Assembly (NCBI RefSeq): GCF_000146505.1
Contig: NC_017448.1
Span: forward strand, 3,390,001 to 3,422,000
Length of the DNA: 32,000 nucleotides
DNA from: Fibrobacter succinogenes subsp. succinogenes S85
GTDB lineage: Bacteria > Fibrobacterota > Fibrobacteria > Fibrobacterales > Fibrobacteraceae
Reading direction: 5' to 3'
Positions 1-9,600 of this stretch are shown piece after piece (the stretch's first letter is position 1; each line of letters begins with the position of its first letter). Under the pieces are notes generated by a model, which was not told where the DNA came from, did not search any database, and saw only the letters and a list, made by a program, of their open reading frames with translations. A program made the position numbers and the translations under genes.

Positions 1-1
1 C

Positions 2-1744
2 AATAGATATATCGGCATTGATGAAGTCGAAGCTCAGAAAATGTTGATTGGCGGCAAGGTTCTTTGGAACGCTTCACAAAACTTTGATGCTACGGTCGGC
101 TTTATCGGTAGCAAGGATTACTTAGAAGATCCGTTCTTGCGCGATGGAACGTCGGATAACGTAAATCTTTCAAATCCGATGTTCTCTTCGAGGACACTGT
201 TTGGCGAGATTAATGGCAAGGTTCTTGGTGGGCGTGGAACGTACAATGTACAGCTTGGCTTTGGCGGAGCCGATACGGTGAATGTCGTTGCTCATCGTGC
301 AGTGAATGCCGTCTTTGAAGATGCTGGACTTGGTGTTTCTCGTTTTGCACAATTGCGCCGCTTGATGAATAATTCATCTCAGGTGAACCGCATGACCCGC
401 GAAGAACTAGAACTTCTTTTTGGCGACAATACGGACATGTCTGTTGATGAGATGCGTAGTGAACTGACGCGAATTTTGAAGCTCGCTCAGGAAGCATTGA
501 AAAAGCATCGTGACGAAAAGAACGACGATCCGACGGATTGGACTGCACAGAATCTTGCTTTGTCTGGATCGTACAATTGGAAAAACAGCACCACGATGAT
601 TGATGCGTATTTCCGTTTTGTGGGCCGCAACTATTATAGCGCAGGATCTCCGGATTTGTTGCAGAACTCCCGTCAGTTGGGATTCAAACTTGATCAAAAA
701 ATCAAGGATTTCTGGAAGTTGAATTTTGGCTATGAATTGAATATTGAAAATGCTTCGGGTCATGGTGATGCGTATAACGTATTTGGCTTTGCTGAAGGTT
801 CAAAGCTTGGACTTTTGCCTGGTGCTGATGAGGACTGGCTTGAAAAGCATGAACAGGATGCTTCAAGAACGCTTTATATTCATGACTTTGATTTGAAGAA
901 CACGTTTAAGGTGCGTGATTCTATTGAAGTCGTTGCCCGTTACGTTCTAGACTACCGTACTCGTAGCACACCGCAGAGACTTCACGGTAATTACTTCGCA
1001 TCTTCAGGAATTTATTCGGACTCCTGGTTTGACGTCCAGAAGGGTAAGCCGACAATTGATGTGGATACCGATGATGGAACAATCCAGATTGATTCTGCTC
1101 GCTGGGCAAAGTATTCTGCGTTGCAGAATGAAGATTATTTGGCAACGCAGTTTGAGGAACGCTTGCTCAAGCATACTTTTGAACTTTTGGCCACATTCAA
1201 GTTCCCAAAGAACGTGCTGAAATTAGGTGGCGTTTGGACTTATCGTGCGGACATGTCAAAGTTCGTTCAGGATGATTTGCTGGATGGCATTGATTTCTCC
1301 AATGAAACTTATGGTATTCTTGGTTATTATTTCCATGGTGGTGACTATCTTGATGCTCGCTATCCGATTTCTCTTACGACGACTTTGGATAAAATTCGCA
1401 ATACGGTTTCTGTAACTCCGAGATTCAGAATATACAACCGTAACGACATGAGCGAATTTGAATGGACTCTCGTGGATAATGCCGTTTTCCAGTTGAAGCC
1501 GGGCTTCCTCGATTTATTGTTGCATGGAAACCTCCGCCAGAATTTCTTGACTCGTAAAGAAGAAGGAAAAACAATAGAAGAAATGGAAATGGATTTGGAC
1601 CTTTCTGCTGGCCTGAAGTTCCAATTCACGGAAAGGCTTGGCACTGAGTTTACGTTTGGTACATTCCTCAATTACCGTCCGGACAATGAATCTGAAGATT
1701 ACAGAGACATTTACGGCAGTGTTTCCGTTAATTACGACTTCTAG
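2..1744 (+). CDS. hypothetical outer-membrane beta-barrel-like protein (5' end outside window)
   Basis: The reading frame stays open from nt 2 in the same frame as ATG 41, so the true start lies upstream of the window. The C-terminus ...[10 protein letters not shown] ends in an aromatic residue, and short beta-like segments alternate as in OM barrels. A charged helical insert interrupts them (...[40 protein letters not shown]...). I recognise no family by eye. Confidence 0.6.
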   Translation, partial: NRYIGIDEVEAQKMLIGGKVLWNASQNFDATVGFIGSKDYLEDPFLRDGTSDNVNLSNPMFSSRTLFGEINGKVLGGRGTYNVQLGFGGADTVNVVAHRAVNAVFEDAGLGVSRFAQLRRLMNNSSQVNRMTREELELLFGDNTDMSVDEMRSELTRILKLAQEALKKHRDEKNDDPTDWTAQNLALSGSYNWKNSTTMIDAYFRFVGRNYYSAGSPDLLQNSRQLGFKLDQKIKDFWKLNFGYELNIENASGHGDAYNVFGFAEGSKLGLLPGADEDWLEKHEQDASRTLYIHDFDLKNTFKVRDSIEVVARYVLDYRTRSTPQRLHGNYFASSGIYSDSWFDVQKGKPTIDVDTDDGTIQIDSARWAKYSALQNEDYLATQFEERLLKHTFELLATFKFPKNVLKLGGVWTYRADMSKFVQDDLLDGIDFSNETYGILGYYFHGGDYLDARYPISLTTTLDKIRNTVSVTPRFRIYNRNDMSEFEWTLVDNAVFQLKPGFLDLLLHGNLRQNFLTRKEEGKTIEEMEMDLDLSAGLKFQFTERLGTEFTFGTFLNYRPDNESEDYRDIYGSVSVNYDF

Positions 1745-1746
1745 CT

Positions 1747-2574
1747 ATGCATATTGGTTGTCATCTCTCGTCTTCGGGCGGCTTTTTGGCGATGGGCGAG
1801 ACAGCCCTTTCCATTGGGGCCGATACGTTCCAGTTCTTTACGCGAAACCCGCGCGGTGGGGCCGCAAAGCCGTTTGACAAGGCTGATGCCGAAGCGCTAA
1901 ATGCGTTTATGGACGCTCACAGCTTTGCTCCGATTTTAGCGCATGCTCCATACACGTTGAATGCTTGTGCTGCTGATCCGTCGCTGAGGCAATATGCACA
2001 AGATGTGATGAAAGATGACTTGTTCCGCATGGATCATTTCCCGCATGCGATGTATAACTTTCATCCGGGCAGTCATGTGAAGCAAGGTGTTGATGTCGGA
2101 ATAGAACTCATTTCGCAGCACCTGAACAACATTTTGCATAAAGACCTCAAGACGAAAGTGCTTTTGGAAACGATGGCGGGCAAGGGGAGTGAAATTGGCC
2201 GTACTTTTGAGGAATTGCGTGCGATTATAGACCGCGTTGAACTCAGCGAAAAAGTCGGAGTCTGCCTGGATACTTGCCATGTATTTGATGGCGGTTACGA
2301 CATCGTAAATCATCTGGATGATGTATTGGAATCGTTTGACAAAGTCTTTGGTTTAAAACGCCTGAGAGCGATTCATTTGAACGACAGCAAGAATCCGATG
2401 GGTAGCCACAAGGATCGTCACGAAGTCATTGGGGGTGGAAACATCGGGCTTGAAGCTCTTGTGAACGTCGTGAACCATCCGGCATTGAAAGGACTTCCGT
2501 TCTATCTGGAAACTCCGAACGAGTTGCCTGGATACGCCGCAGAAATTGCCTTGATGCGAAGCCGTGAACGATAA
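1747..2574 (+). CDS. nfo: deoxyribonuclease IV / AP endonuclease (Endo IV family)
   Basis: 275 aa. Endo IV landmarks are readable by eye: MHIGCH..., [55 protein letters not shown]. The ATG lies 2 nt after the upstream stop. Confidence 0.9.
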   Translation: MHIGCHLSSSGGFLAMGETALSIGADTFQFFTRNPRGGAAKPFDKADAEALNAFMDAHSFAPILAHAPYTLNACAADPSLRQYAQDVMKDDLFRMDHFPHAMYNFHPGSHVKQGVDVGIELISQHLNNILHKDLKTKVLLETMAGKGSEIGRTFEELRAIIDRVELSEKVGVCLDTCHVFDGGYDIVNHLDDVLESFDKVFGLKRLRAIHLNDSKNPMGSHKDRHEVIGGGNIGLEALVNVVNHPALKGLPFYLETPNELPGYAAEIALMRSRER

Positions 2575-2603
2575 AAAAGTTGAAATTTTTTTACGCCTGT
2601 ACC

Positions 2604-2632
2604 TTGACAAAAGAATAGAAAACATCTATATT
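2604..2632 (+). promoter_or_regulatory. sigma70-type promoter of tRNA-Asn copy 1
   Basis: TTGACA (2604-2609), a 17-nt spacer, then TATATT (2627-2632), ending 12 nt before the mature tRNA 5' end. The same architecture is conserved before copy 2. Confidence 0.65.
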
Positions 2633-2644
2633 TGTGCGCGTCGA

Positions 2645-2717
2645 TGCTTCATAGCTCAGTTGGTAGAGCCCGCGACTGTTAATCGCGTTGTCCTTGGTTC
2701 GAGTCCAAGTGAAGCAG
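2645..2717 (+). tRNA. tRNA-Asn (anticodon GTT), copy 1
   Basis: Hand-folded 73-nt cloverleaf. Acceptor TGCTTCA/TGAAGCA, D arm GCTC-AGTTGGTA-GAGC, anticodon arm CGCGA-CTGTTAA-TCGCG (GTT at 2678-2680). Variable loop TTGTC, T arm CTTGG-TTCGAGT-CCAAG, discriminator G. CCA is not encoded. Confidence 0.95.
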
Positions 2718-2720
2718 CTC

Positions 2721-2758
2721 AAAACCCCCGATCGAAAGATCAGGGGTTTTGTGTTTTT
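2721..2758 (+). terminator. rho-independent terminator after tRNA-Asn copy 1
   Basis: AAAACCCCCGATC-GAAA-GATCAGGGGTTTT hairpin with a GAAA tetraloop and one C-A mismatch, followed by GTGTTTTT. Confidence 0.8.
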
Positions 2759-2805
2759 GCGGAAAAACGAAAAATGAATAAAAGTGAAAAATACGCGCTT
2801 TCCCC

Positions 2806-2834
2806 TTGACAAAGGAATAGAAATCGTCTATATT
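2806..2834 (+). promoter_or_regulatory. sigma70-type promoter of tRNA-Asn copy 2
   Basis: TTGACA (2806-2811), a 17-nt spacer, then TATATT (2829-2834), ending 12 nt before the tRNA 5' end. Confidence 0.65.
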
Positions 2835-2846
2835 TGTGCGCGTCGA

Positions 2847-2919
2847 TGCTTCATAGCTCAGTTGGTAGAGCCCGCGACTGTTAATCGCGTTGTCCTTGGT
2901 TCGAGTCCAAGTGAAGCAG
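2847..2919 (+). tRNA. tRNA-Asn (anticodon GTT), copy 2
   Basis: Identical 73-nt sequence to copy 1, offset by 202 nt. Confidence 0.95.
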
Positions 2920-2922
2920 CTC

Positions 2923-2959
2923 AAAACCCCCGATCGAAAGATCGGGGGTTTTGTGTTTT
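2923..2959 (+). terminator. rho-independent terminator after tRNA-Asn copy 2
   Basis: AAAACCCCCGATC-GAAA-GATCGGGGGTTTT, a perfect stem with a GAAA loop, followed by GTGTTTT. Confidence 0.85.
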
Positions 2960-2984
2960 GGGCTTATATCATGCCGGTATCGGT

Positions 2985-3018
2985 AAAAAAAATCCCGGGC
3001 GGTGGAACCGTCCGGGAT
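2985..3018 (-). terminator. rho-independent terminator closing the nfeD-floA-unknown operon
   Basis: Read on the minus strand: ATCCCGGACGG-TTCCA-CCGCCCGGGAT, an 11-bp stem with one G-T, followed by T8. It lies 47 nt downstream of the stop at 3065. Confidence 0.75.
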
Positions 3019-3064
3019 GAATTGTTTGATTTTGGCTTGTTGCGCGTTTGGCTGGTCGCTTGCA

Positions 3065-3889
3065 TTATCTGCTGTAAGCTGTCCAGCGCTTTTTGAATCT
3101 AGGCTCGTCAATGACTTTACCCCAGATGAATCCGCGTCGGACGCTTTCTCTGCTTATCGAGCGCACGACAGGGCGCTTGTTAAGCGGGTCTGCAATTTCG
3201 CTAGGATCACCGGAATAGCCGTTTTCGATATCGCTTTGACGGGAGGCTTCTGCAGCCTCTTCACGGGCTTTGCGGGCGCGTTCTTCAAGGATTTTCAGCT
3301 GGCTCTGCTTATCGCTTGCAGAGGGCGATATGCTCGGCTTGGTTGTTGATGCTTGTGCAAATGCGTCTGTTTTCTGCTCGTGCGATAGCAGATTGTTGAG
3401 TTCGTCGATGTCTTGCACGAGAACGTCGTAGACGCCTTCTCCCATGTCGCGACCGATAATGCGGTGTTGCTGGAGTTCGTTGATGAGTTCGATAGCCCGG
3501 GCTTCGGACACTTCGAATTCAATCTTGAGGTAGTCAATATCGACTATGCCTTGCTCAACGATATCCTCTGCGACTTCACGCATGGTCACCTGGTCGCCTA
3601 GGCGATGGTAGTTCTCGGGAATAGGCGGTGGCATGGGGGACTCCATTGTTCCCTGTGACGCTTCACGCTGAGCTTCTTCAAACTGCTTGATATATTCTTG
3701 CAGTTTCCGGCTTGCGGAAGGTATATGCTCGGAAGGAGCGCCTTCGCTTTCGTCAAATTCCTCGTTTGCAGTATCATCGGAACTTTCTTCGTTGAGTTGC
3801 TTGTCCTCAAGAGCTTTCTTTTTGGCACTAGCTCTCTTGATAAGCGCGTCAATGACGAAAATCGCAATGAATATGAGTAATGATTCCAT
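3065..3889 (-). CDS. membrane-anchored hypothetical protein with a possible FtsK-gamma-like winged helix
   Basis: 274 aa. N-terminal TM (MESLLIFIAIFVIDALI), an acidic linker, then a segment ...VAEDIVEQGIVDIDYLKIEFEVSEARAIELINELQQHRIIGRDMGEGVYDVLV. By eye this segment resembles the FtsK gamma / wHTH pattern. The tail is basic (...RGFIWGKVIDEPRFKKRW...). It starts 22 nt after the floA stop and is followed by a terminator. Confidence 0.7.
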   Translation of the reverse strand: MESLLIFIAIFVIDALIKRASAKKKALEDKQLNEESSDDTANEEFDESEGAPSEHIPSASRKLQEYIKQFEEAQREASQGTMESPMPPPIPENYHRLGDQVTMREVAEDIVEQGIVDIDYLKIEFEVSEARAIELINELQQHRIIGRDMGEGVYDVLVQDIDELNNLLSHEQKTDAFAQASTTKPSISPSASDKQSQLKILEERARKAREEAAEASRQSDIENGYSGDPSEIADPLNKRPVVRSISRESVRRGFIWGKVIDEPRFKKRWTAYSR

Positions 3890-3911
3890 GGGCTAAACCC
3901 TTTTGGTCAAA

Positions 3912-4886
3912 TTACTTGGTCGTTTCCGGTGCGGTTCCGATTTCTTTACGCATCTGCGTGTCGGCTTCGATGTTCTTGAGGTTGTAGTAGTCCATCACGC
4001 CGAGCTTTCCGTCGCGGAGAGCGGTTGCCATAGCCATCGGAATCTGGGCTTCGGCTTCGACGAGCTTTGCCTTCATTTCCATCACCTTAGCCTTCATTTC
4101 CTGTTCGGCGGCGAATGCCATGGCGCGGCGTTCTTCTGCCTTGGCCTGAGCAATCTTTTTGTCGGCTTCAGCGCGGTCGGTTTCGAGGATAGCACCGATG
4201 TTCTGGCCCACGTCCACGTCTGCAATATCAATGGAGAGAATTTCGAATGCCGTACCTGCGTCAAGGCCGGAGGCGAGCACCTTCTTGGAAATCATGTTCG
4301 GGTTTTCGAGCACTTCCTTGTGGCTTTGAGCAGAACCGATGGAAGACACGATGCCTTCGCCAACGCGGGCGACGACTGTTTCTTCGCCGGCACCACCGAC
4401 GAGCTTCTGGATGCTGGCGCGCACAGTGATACGGGTAATGGCGTGGAGCTGAATACCGTCGAGAGCCACAGCGGAGACCTTCGGAGTTTCGATGACCTTG
4501 GGGTTCACGGACATCTGCACAGCTTCGAGCACGTTACGGCCGGCAAGGTCAATGGCTGCAGCTTCCTTGAAGTCGAGCTTGATGTTTGCTTTGTTGGCGG
4601 CGATGAGAGCTTGGATCACGCGGAGCACGTTACCGCGGGAAAGGTAGTGGGCTTCGAGCAAGTTGGTGTCAACTGGGAGGCCTGCCTTGCAGCTGAGGAT
4701 TCGGGCTTCCACGATGACCTGTGGCGGAACCTTACGGAGGCGCATACCGATGAGCTGGAAAATGCTCACGTTTGCCTTGGAGAACAAGGCCTGGAGCCAG
4801 AGGCTAAAGAACTTGCCGATAAAGGCGAGAACGATGATGACGACGATGGCGGCAATGATAATGCCTACGGTAAGAAGTGTATCCAT
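3912..4886 (-). CDS. floA: flotillin-like protein FloA (UPF0365/YqfA family)
   Basis: 324 aa. An N-terminal TM is followed by blocks nearly colinear with B. subtilis FloA as I recall it: [89 protein letters not shown]. Confidence 0.93.
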   Translation of the reverse strand: MDTLLTVGIIIAAIVVIIVLAFIGKFFSLWLQALFSKANVSIFQLIGMRLRKVPPQVIVEARILSCKAGLPVDTNLLEAHYLSRGNVLRVIQALIAANKANIKLDFKEAAAIDLAGRNVLEAVQMSVNPKVIETPKVSAVALDGIQLHAITRITVRASIQKLVGGAGEETVVARVGEGIVSSIGSAQSHKEVLENPNMISKKVLASGLDAGTAFEILSIDIADVDVGQNIGAILETDRAEADKKIAQAKAEERRAMAFAAEQEMKAKVMEMKAKLVEAEAQIPMAMATALRDGKLGVMDYYNLKNIEADTQMRKEIGTAPETTK

Positions 4887-4952
4887 TTGTTTTTCTCCAA
4901 GTTATGTGTTTTTGTTTTAATCTTTATTGAAAAAAGTACGATCAGACTTGAA

Positions 4953-6488
4953 CTATCTTTCGTCTAGAATTACCCATATATGACCTTCCTGTACTGCTTC
5001 AATCTTTACTTTCTGACCTGCTTCGATGATTTCACCGTGGGTCTGTACGTCAAAAAGTTTGGAACTTCCATCCGGCATGGTGAAGCTTGCCTGGCCTACA
5101 GGGCGTAAGAACGTTTTTGCGGTTCCTATAGAGCCTATCGCAACTTCCTGCACGGCTTCGGTCGGGGAGACGGCTGTTTCCATGTCGGTTTTGAGCATCG
5201 GAGTCCAGCCTTCCGGTAAAAGCGGAATCAGATACTTGCTTGCCGCAATCGGGATGATGAGTGCGATGGCCGCACTCCCGAGAACGAAGAATAGCCCGAA
5301 TAGCCATGGGGTGGCGTCAAATGTCGTTTCAACGGCTTCCGGGACGTATTCCGGGATGTTTGCTGTATCAAAGCTCATGATAAGGGCGATAATCATGCAG
5401 GCGATGCCGCCAATGCCAAACAGGAACGTACATGGCATGACGAAAATTTCGACTAAGAACAAAATCACGCCTGCTACAAGCAGGATTGCCGGGAAGTAGC
5501 CGTCGAGCTGCGGTGCGAATTGCCCGAAGAAGACGATCCCGATAAGGATAATGCCGATGATGCCGAACATTCCAAATCCCGGAGTCTTAAATTCTATATA
5601 AAGTGCGCCGAATCCGAGAATCAGGAGTATGCCTGAGATGGCGGCTATAGCGCTTGCGATTTTTTCGCCGGTATTTGTCTCGACTTCGCTTTTGCGTTCA
5701 ATGGCTAGCTTTGTTTCAAAGTCTTCGCGGTTCTTGAACGTGCCTCTAGAAAATCCGAGTTCCTCGGCTTCCTTGTCGGTCATGGTCAAAAGTTCGCCTT
5801 CTTTTACGAGAATCTTGGGCGAGCCCCAGAACTTCTTTTCGGCGCTGTCGAGGACTGCAAATTTTTTTCCTTCAATGATAAGCGTGGTGTCTCGCTGTGT
5901 CGGCGTTCCCTTGTCAAGTGTGGCGGTAAGTTCAAGTACTTCGAGTTCCGGAGTCACAAAAGAGGATGCCAGGAGTTCGGGATAGTTGTTGCGCTGGGCG
6001 AGGTTCCGGAACTTCGCGCGGAGTGGGGACTGGATCTTTTCGCCGACGATTTGCGGAGTGCCATCGCCACCTTGGACAATCGGGGCGCAGTCGCCAATGG
6101 TTGTGGCTTCGAGCATGTAGAGGCGCTTGCAGGCGAGAGCGATGAGCGAACCTGCGCTGATCGCCTTCTTTTTCACGAGAGCGATTGTTTCGGGTCCCTT
6201 GACCGCCATGATGGTATCGACAAGATCGAAAGCGGCATCAAGGCGACCTCCGAACGTGTTGATTTCGAAGACGATGTAATCTGGCTTCTTTTCGATGGCT
6301 TCTCCGATGGCGCGAGCGCAGAATTCGTACATGGCGGGGTCAACGTCGCCTTCCAGTTTAATCCAGACGGCCTGTTTCTTTGGGGCGGAAATCTCGGTTT
6401 TGGCGGTATCGACTACGGTTGTTGAGTCGGCAAATGTAAATGTGGCTAAAAACGCTAAAAAGAGAAATATTTTTGTAATAATCTTCAT
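4953..6488 (-). CDS. nfeD: NfeD-family membrane-bound ClpP-class serine protease
   Basis: 511 aa. It has a signal peptide and a ClpP/SppA-like region (FEINTFGGRLDAAFDLVDTI, AISAGSLIALAC). A multi-TM block follows, then a C-terminal NfeD OB-fold (GTAKTFLRPVGQASF...GEIIEAGQKVKIEAV). Its position directly upstream of floA matches yqeZ-floA of Bacillus. Confidence 0.88.
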   Translation of the reverse strand: MKIITKIFLFLAFLATFTFADSTTVVDTAKTEISAPKKQAVWIKLEGDVDPAMYEFCARAIGEAIEKKPDYIVFEINTFGGRLDAAFDLVDTIMAVKGPETIALVKKKAISAGSLIALACKRLYMLEATTIGDCAPIVQGGDGTPQIVGEKIQSPLRAKFRNLAQRNNYPELLASSFVTPELEVLELTATLDKGTPTQRDTTLIIEGKKFAVLDSAEKKFWGSPKILVKEGELLTMTDKEAEELGFSRGTFKNREDFETKLAIERKSEVETNTGEKIASAIAAISGILLILGFGALYIEFKTPGFGMFGIIGIILIGIVFFGQFAPQLDGYFPAILLVAGVILFLVEIFVMPCTFLFGIGGIACMIIALIMSFDTANIPEYVPEAVETTFDATPWLFGLFFVLGSAAIALIIPIAASKYLIPLLPEGWTPMLKTDMETAVSPTEAVQEVAIGSIGTAKTFLRPVGQASFTMPDGSSKLFDVQTHGEIIEAGQKVKIEAVQEGHIWVILDER

Positions 6489-6647
6489 GTTGTCAATGTA
6501 TAAAGATTTGTACAGTGAAAATCATTTTTTTTGTGAAAAAAAACACGTTTAGGTAGGTTTGCTGGTTAAAAACACTTTTTTTTTGAAAATTAGTCTCAAT
6601 ATGGTGTTGTAAAATGTATAATATAGTTGAAAACTTACAAAAAACTT

Positions 6648-9600
6648 ATGAACAATAATTTTTTTAAACGAAATTTAATCGTATCGTTGATTCTTGTCGC
6701 GTTCTTGTTTATTGTAACAAACGTTTCTTTTTTGTACATAAACAGGCAGGCTGTAGACGATAGCTGGGACTCCCTAGATGAAGTCGCCTATGCTTCTGAA
6801 GCAAAAATGGGATTTTTGGGTCGTTCTCTCTTGAGCGCATTGTCCAATATTTCGACTGTGGTGGGGATGGAAGAAAACCTCCTCTCCGAAAACATGATTC
6901 GTTTGATTCGCGGGTCGCGCATTGGTCCTCTGGTGTCGGCGGTGCGCCTGTATTTGCCGGATGGTCATATTATTGCGGATCATGCTGTTGTATTTGATTC
7001 TTCGTACATCGAAAATTATCAGAAGATTGTTTCCCCAAAGCCGTATATATCGAAAGTCGCTCGCGATGTCGTGCATTCCGAAAATATTGTGTTTGAACAG
7101 ATGGTGCCTGTCCGCCGTCGTGGCCAGGTGGTTGCGATGCTTTCCGCTGTTTCCGAAATCAAGCCGTTGTATGGCTATGTGGCGACAAATGCGTTCAAGG
7201 GCAAGGCTTCCCTGATTGTTGTGGACCGTCGAGATGGATCCTTTGTTGTTGAAAAAACAGGGAAATGGAAGAACTTTAACGAGTTTGTTAGGACGATTAA
7301 GTCTAAGAAAGGGTATTCTGTAGATGAGTGGGCGGCAACCGTGATGAAGGGGGAATCTGCGCATTTGGCGTATGAGGAAACTTCCTCGGATGATGCTAAG
7401 CTTTTGGTTGCGCTCCCTTTGTTTGGCGGTTGCTGGACTCAACTTTTGTATGTCAATGAAAATATCGCCTTTGCGCGCGTGGATAAAATCCGCAAGTTCT
7501 ATATCGGAATTTCGGCAATTGAACTTCTCGTGATTCTTTTGTACTTGCTGCGCATGGTGTGGAATGCTCGCCGCATGGCCGAGGCCGAAAGTAACGAGTA
7601 TTCCGAAATTGCCGATGCCTTGAGCGGAACTTACGAATGCATTTTCTACGTGAACGTTCTGGACGATACATTTGACACGTTCCATTCCGACAGGCTTATG
7701 GATAAGCTACACGAAGATGTTCACGGAAAGGACTTCTTCTTTGAATCGATATCGAGCTTGCGTCATAATCTTTATGAAGACGATCTTGAAGTTGTCATGC
7801 ACTTTATGGAAAAGGGTTCCTTCTTAAAACGTCTTGAAGAAAATCCAAGTGCATCTGTGGAATATAGACTTGTCATTGATGGAAATCCACAGTTCTATCG
7901 AATGAAGGCTATTAAGTCCAGCAAAGATGAAAACCATGTCATTGTTGCTGTGGAAAATATTGATTCTGAAGTCAACAAGGCTATTGCCCAGCGTCAGGAA
8001 ATGGACCGCAACAACAGGGTGATTGAATCTCTGGCTTCGGACTTTGATTTTGTGAACTACGTAACGCTTGGCGAAGATTCTTCTTCGGACTTTGTTGTGA
8101 CGTACCGCGCCAGTTCTGTGCTTTTGAAGGCTATCCCTGGATGGTCTTCTGAAAAGAGTTTCTCTAAGAGAATGAATCTGTTGCTCAAGTATCTTGTCTG
8201 TGATTCTGACAAAAATCAGTTCCAGAAGCAGACGAGTCGCGATCGCCTTGTCTCGACGTTGAAGAACGAATCGGTGATTCATGTCAACTTCAAGATCAAG
8301 CTTGAAGGTAAGGAAGTCTGCTACCAGATGAAGGTTATTGCCGACAAGGACGAAATCGGCAATCTCAAGGGTATCGTTTTTGGTCTGCACAGTGTCGATG
8401 AAGAAATCAAGAAGCAGATGGAAATCCAGTCGAACTTGAAGCAGAACCTTGAAATTATCGACATTCTTTCGGAAGACTATTCGTCACTCTTCTACTTCAA
8501 TCTTGTTGACAACACGAGTGGCGTTCTTGCCGTTCGCGAAGACATCAGGGGCGCCCTGAAGGATCGGTTTGCGACTTGTGACCGTCTGGAAGATGTCTTT
8601 AAAGCGTTTGTCTTGGATATGGCTCATCCGGATGATCGTGAAAAGCTTATCGGGCTTGCGTCTAGAGAGGTGGTGGCTGAACAGCTTTTGCACCAGAAAC
8701 GCCTGAATATTGTATTTAGGCACCTCTATGGTTCAGAATACAAGTTTACGCGTTTAGTATTTGCTAAGGCCGAGCCTATAGATGTTCCGCCGAAACTTAT
8801 CGCTGTCGGCTTTGTCGAGGTGGATGCTCAGTACCGTGCAGAGACGGAACACCAGGAAAATATTGAACGCATTATGAGCCTTTCGGACCAGTATGAAGTC
8901 GTGTTCGATGTCAATATCGATACGGGCTTGTTTAGCGTTTCGTTGACAGGCGGAAAGTTCAAGGATGTCGTTAATGAAGAGACTGGAGAAGGCGTTGACT
9001 TCTTTAAGGACAGGGAAAAGGATGTCCGCAAGATTGTCTATAAGGACGATGTTGATTCCGTGCTCTCTTCGCTTAATCGCGATACCGTAATTGCTCGCTT
9101 GCAACACGATAACTCCTTCTTCCAGGATTATCGACGTGTGACTAGCGAAGGGCTTAAGTGGTACCGCATGAAGGTGACCAAGATGGGCGACTGGTCCAAG
9201 TCTCGTCGAGTGCTTGTCGGCCTGTTCAATAACGATGTCGTTTACCGCAAGGAAATGGCGCAACAGGCGGCCCTTGAACAGGCGCTTGAAATGGCAAAGT
9301 CTGCGTCACGTGCAAAGACGATGTTCCTCAACAACATGAGTCATGACATCCGCACTCCGATGAATGCGATTATCGGCTATACGGAACTTGCGACAATCCA
9401 TATTGGCAACAAGGAACAGGTGCGGAACTTCCTTGGAAAGATTGAGCTTTCTTCGAACCACCTGCTTTCGCTTATCAATGACGTGCTTGACATGAGCCGT
9501 ATTGAATCGGGCAAGCTGAACTTGAATGAAAAGCTGGAACATCTTCCGGAAATAATCCATACGCTCAAGGATATTGTCCAGGCGGATATCAATGCGAAGA

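Noticed and set aside
2564-3111. Several 70-80 aa ORFs on both strands cross the tRNA-Asn units (2564..2809, 2591..2812, 2679..2924, 2784..3020, 2881..3111).
   Set aside because: They read through tRNA genes, promoters and terminators. Their similarity to each other simply reflects the 202-nt duplication.
3903-4967. Long antisense ORFs mirror well-identified genes. They are 3903..4967 (+, opposite floA), 12010..13542 (-, opposite pnp), 14310..15560 (-), 17562..18920 (-, opposite ispG), 19240..20493 (-, opposite serA) and 22952..24142 (+, opposite serS).
   Set aside because: Each lies entirely inside a gene with unmistakable family motifs on the other strand. Their translations are low-complexity, rich in H/R/V/F/E, with no recognisable domains. 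Such ORFs are expected when the sense strand avoids TTA, CTA and TCA codons, so they are a codon-usage artefact, not overlapping genes.
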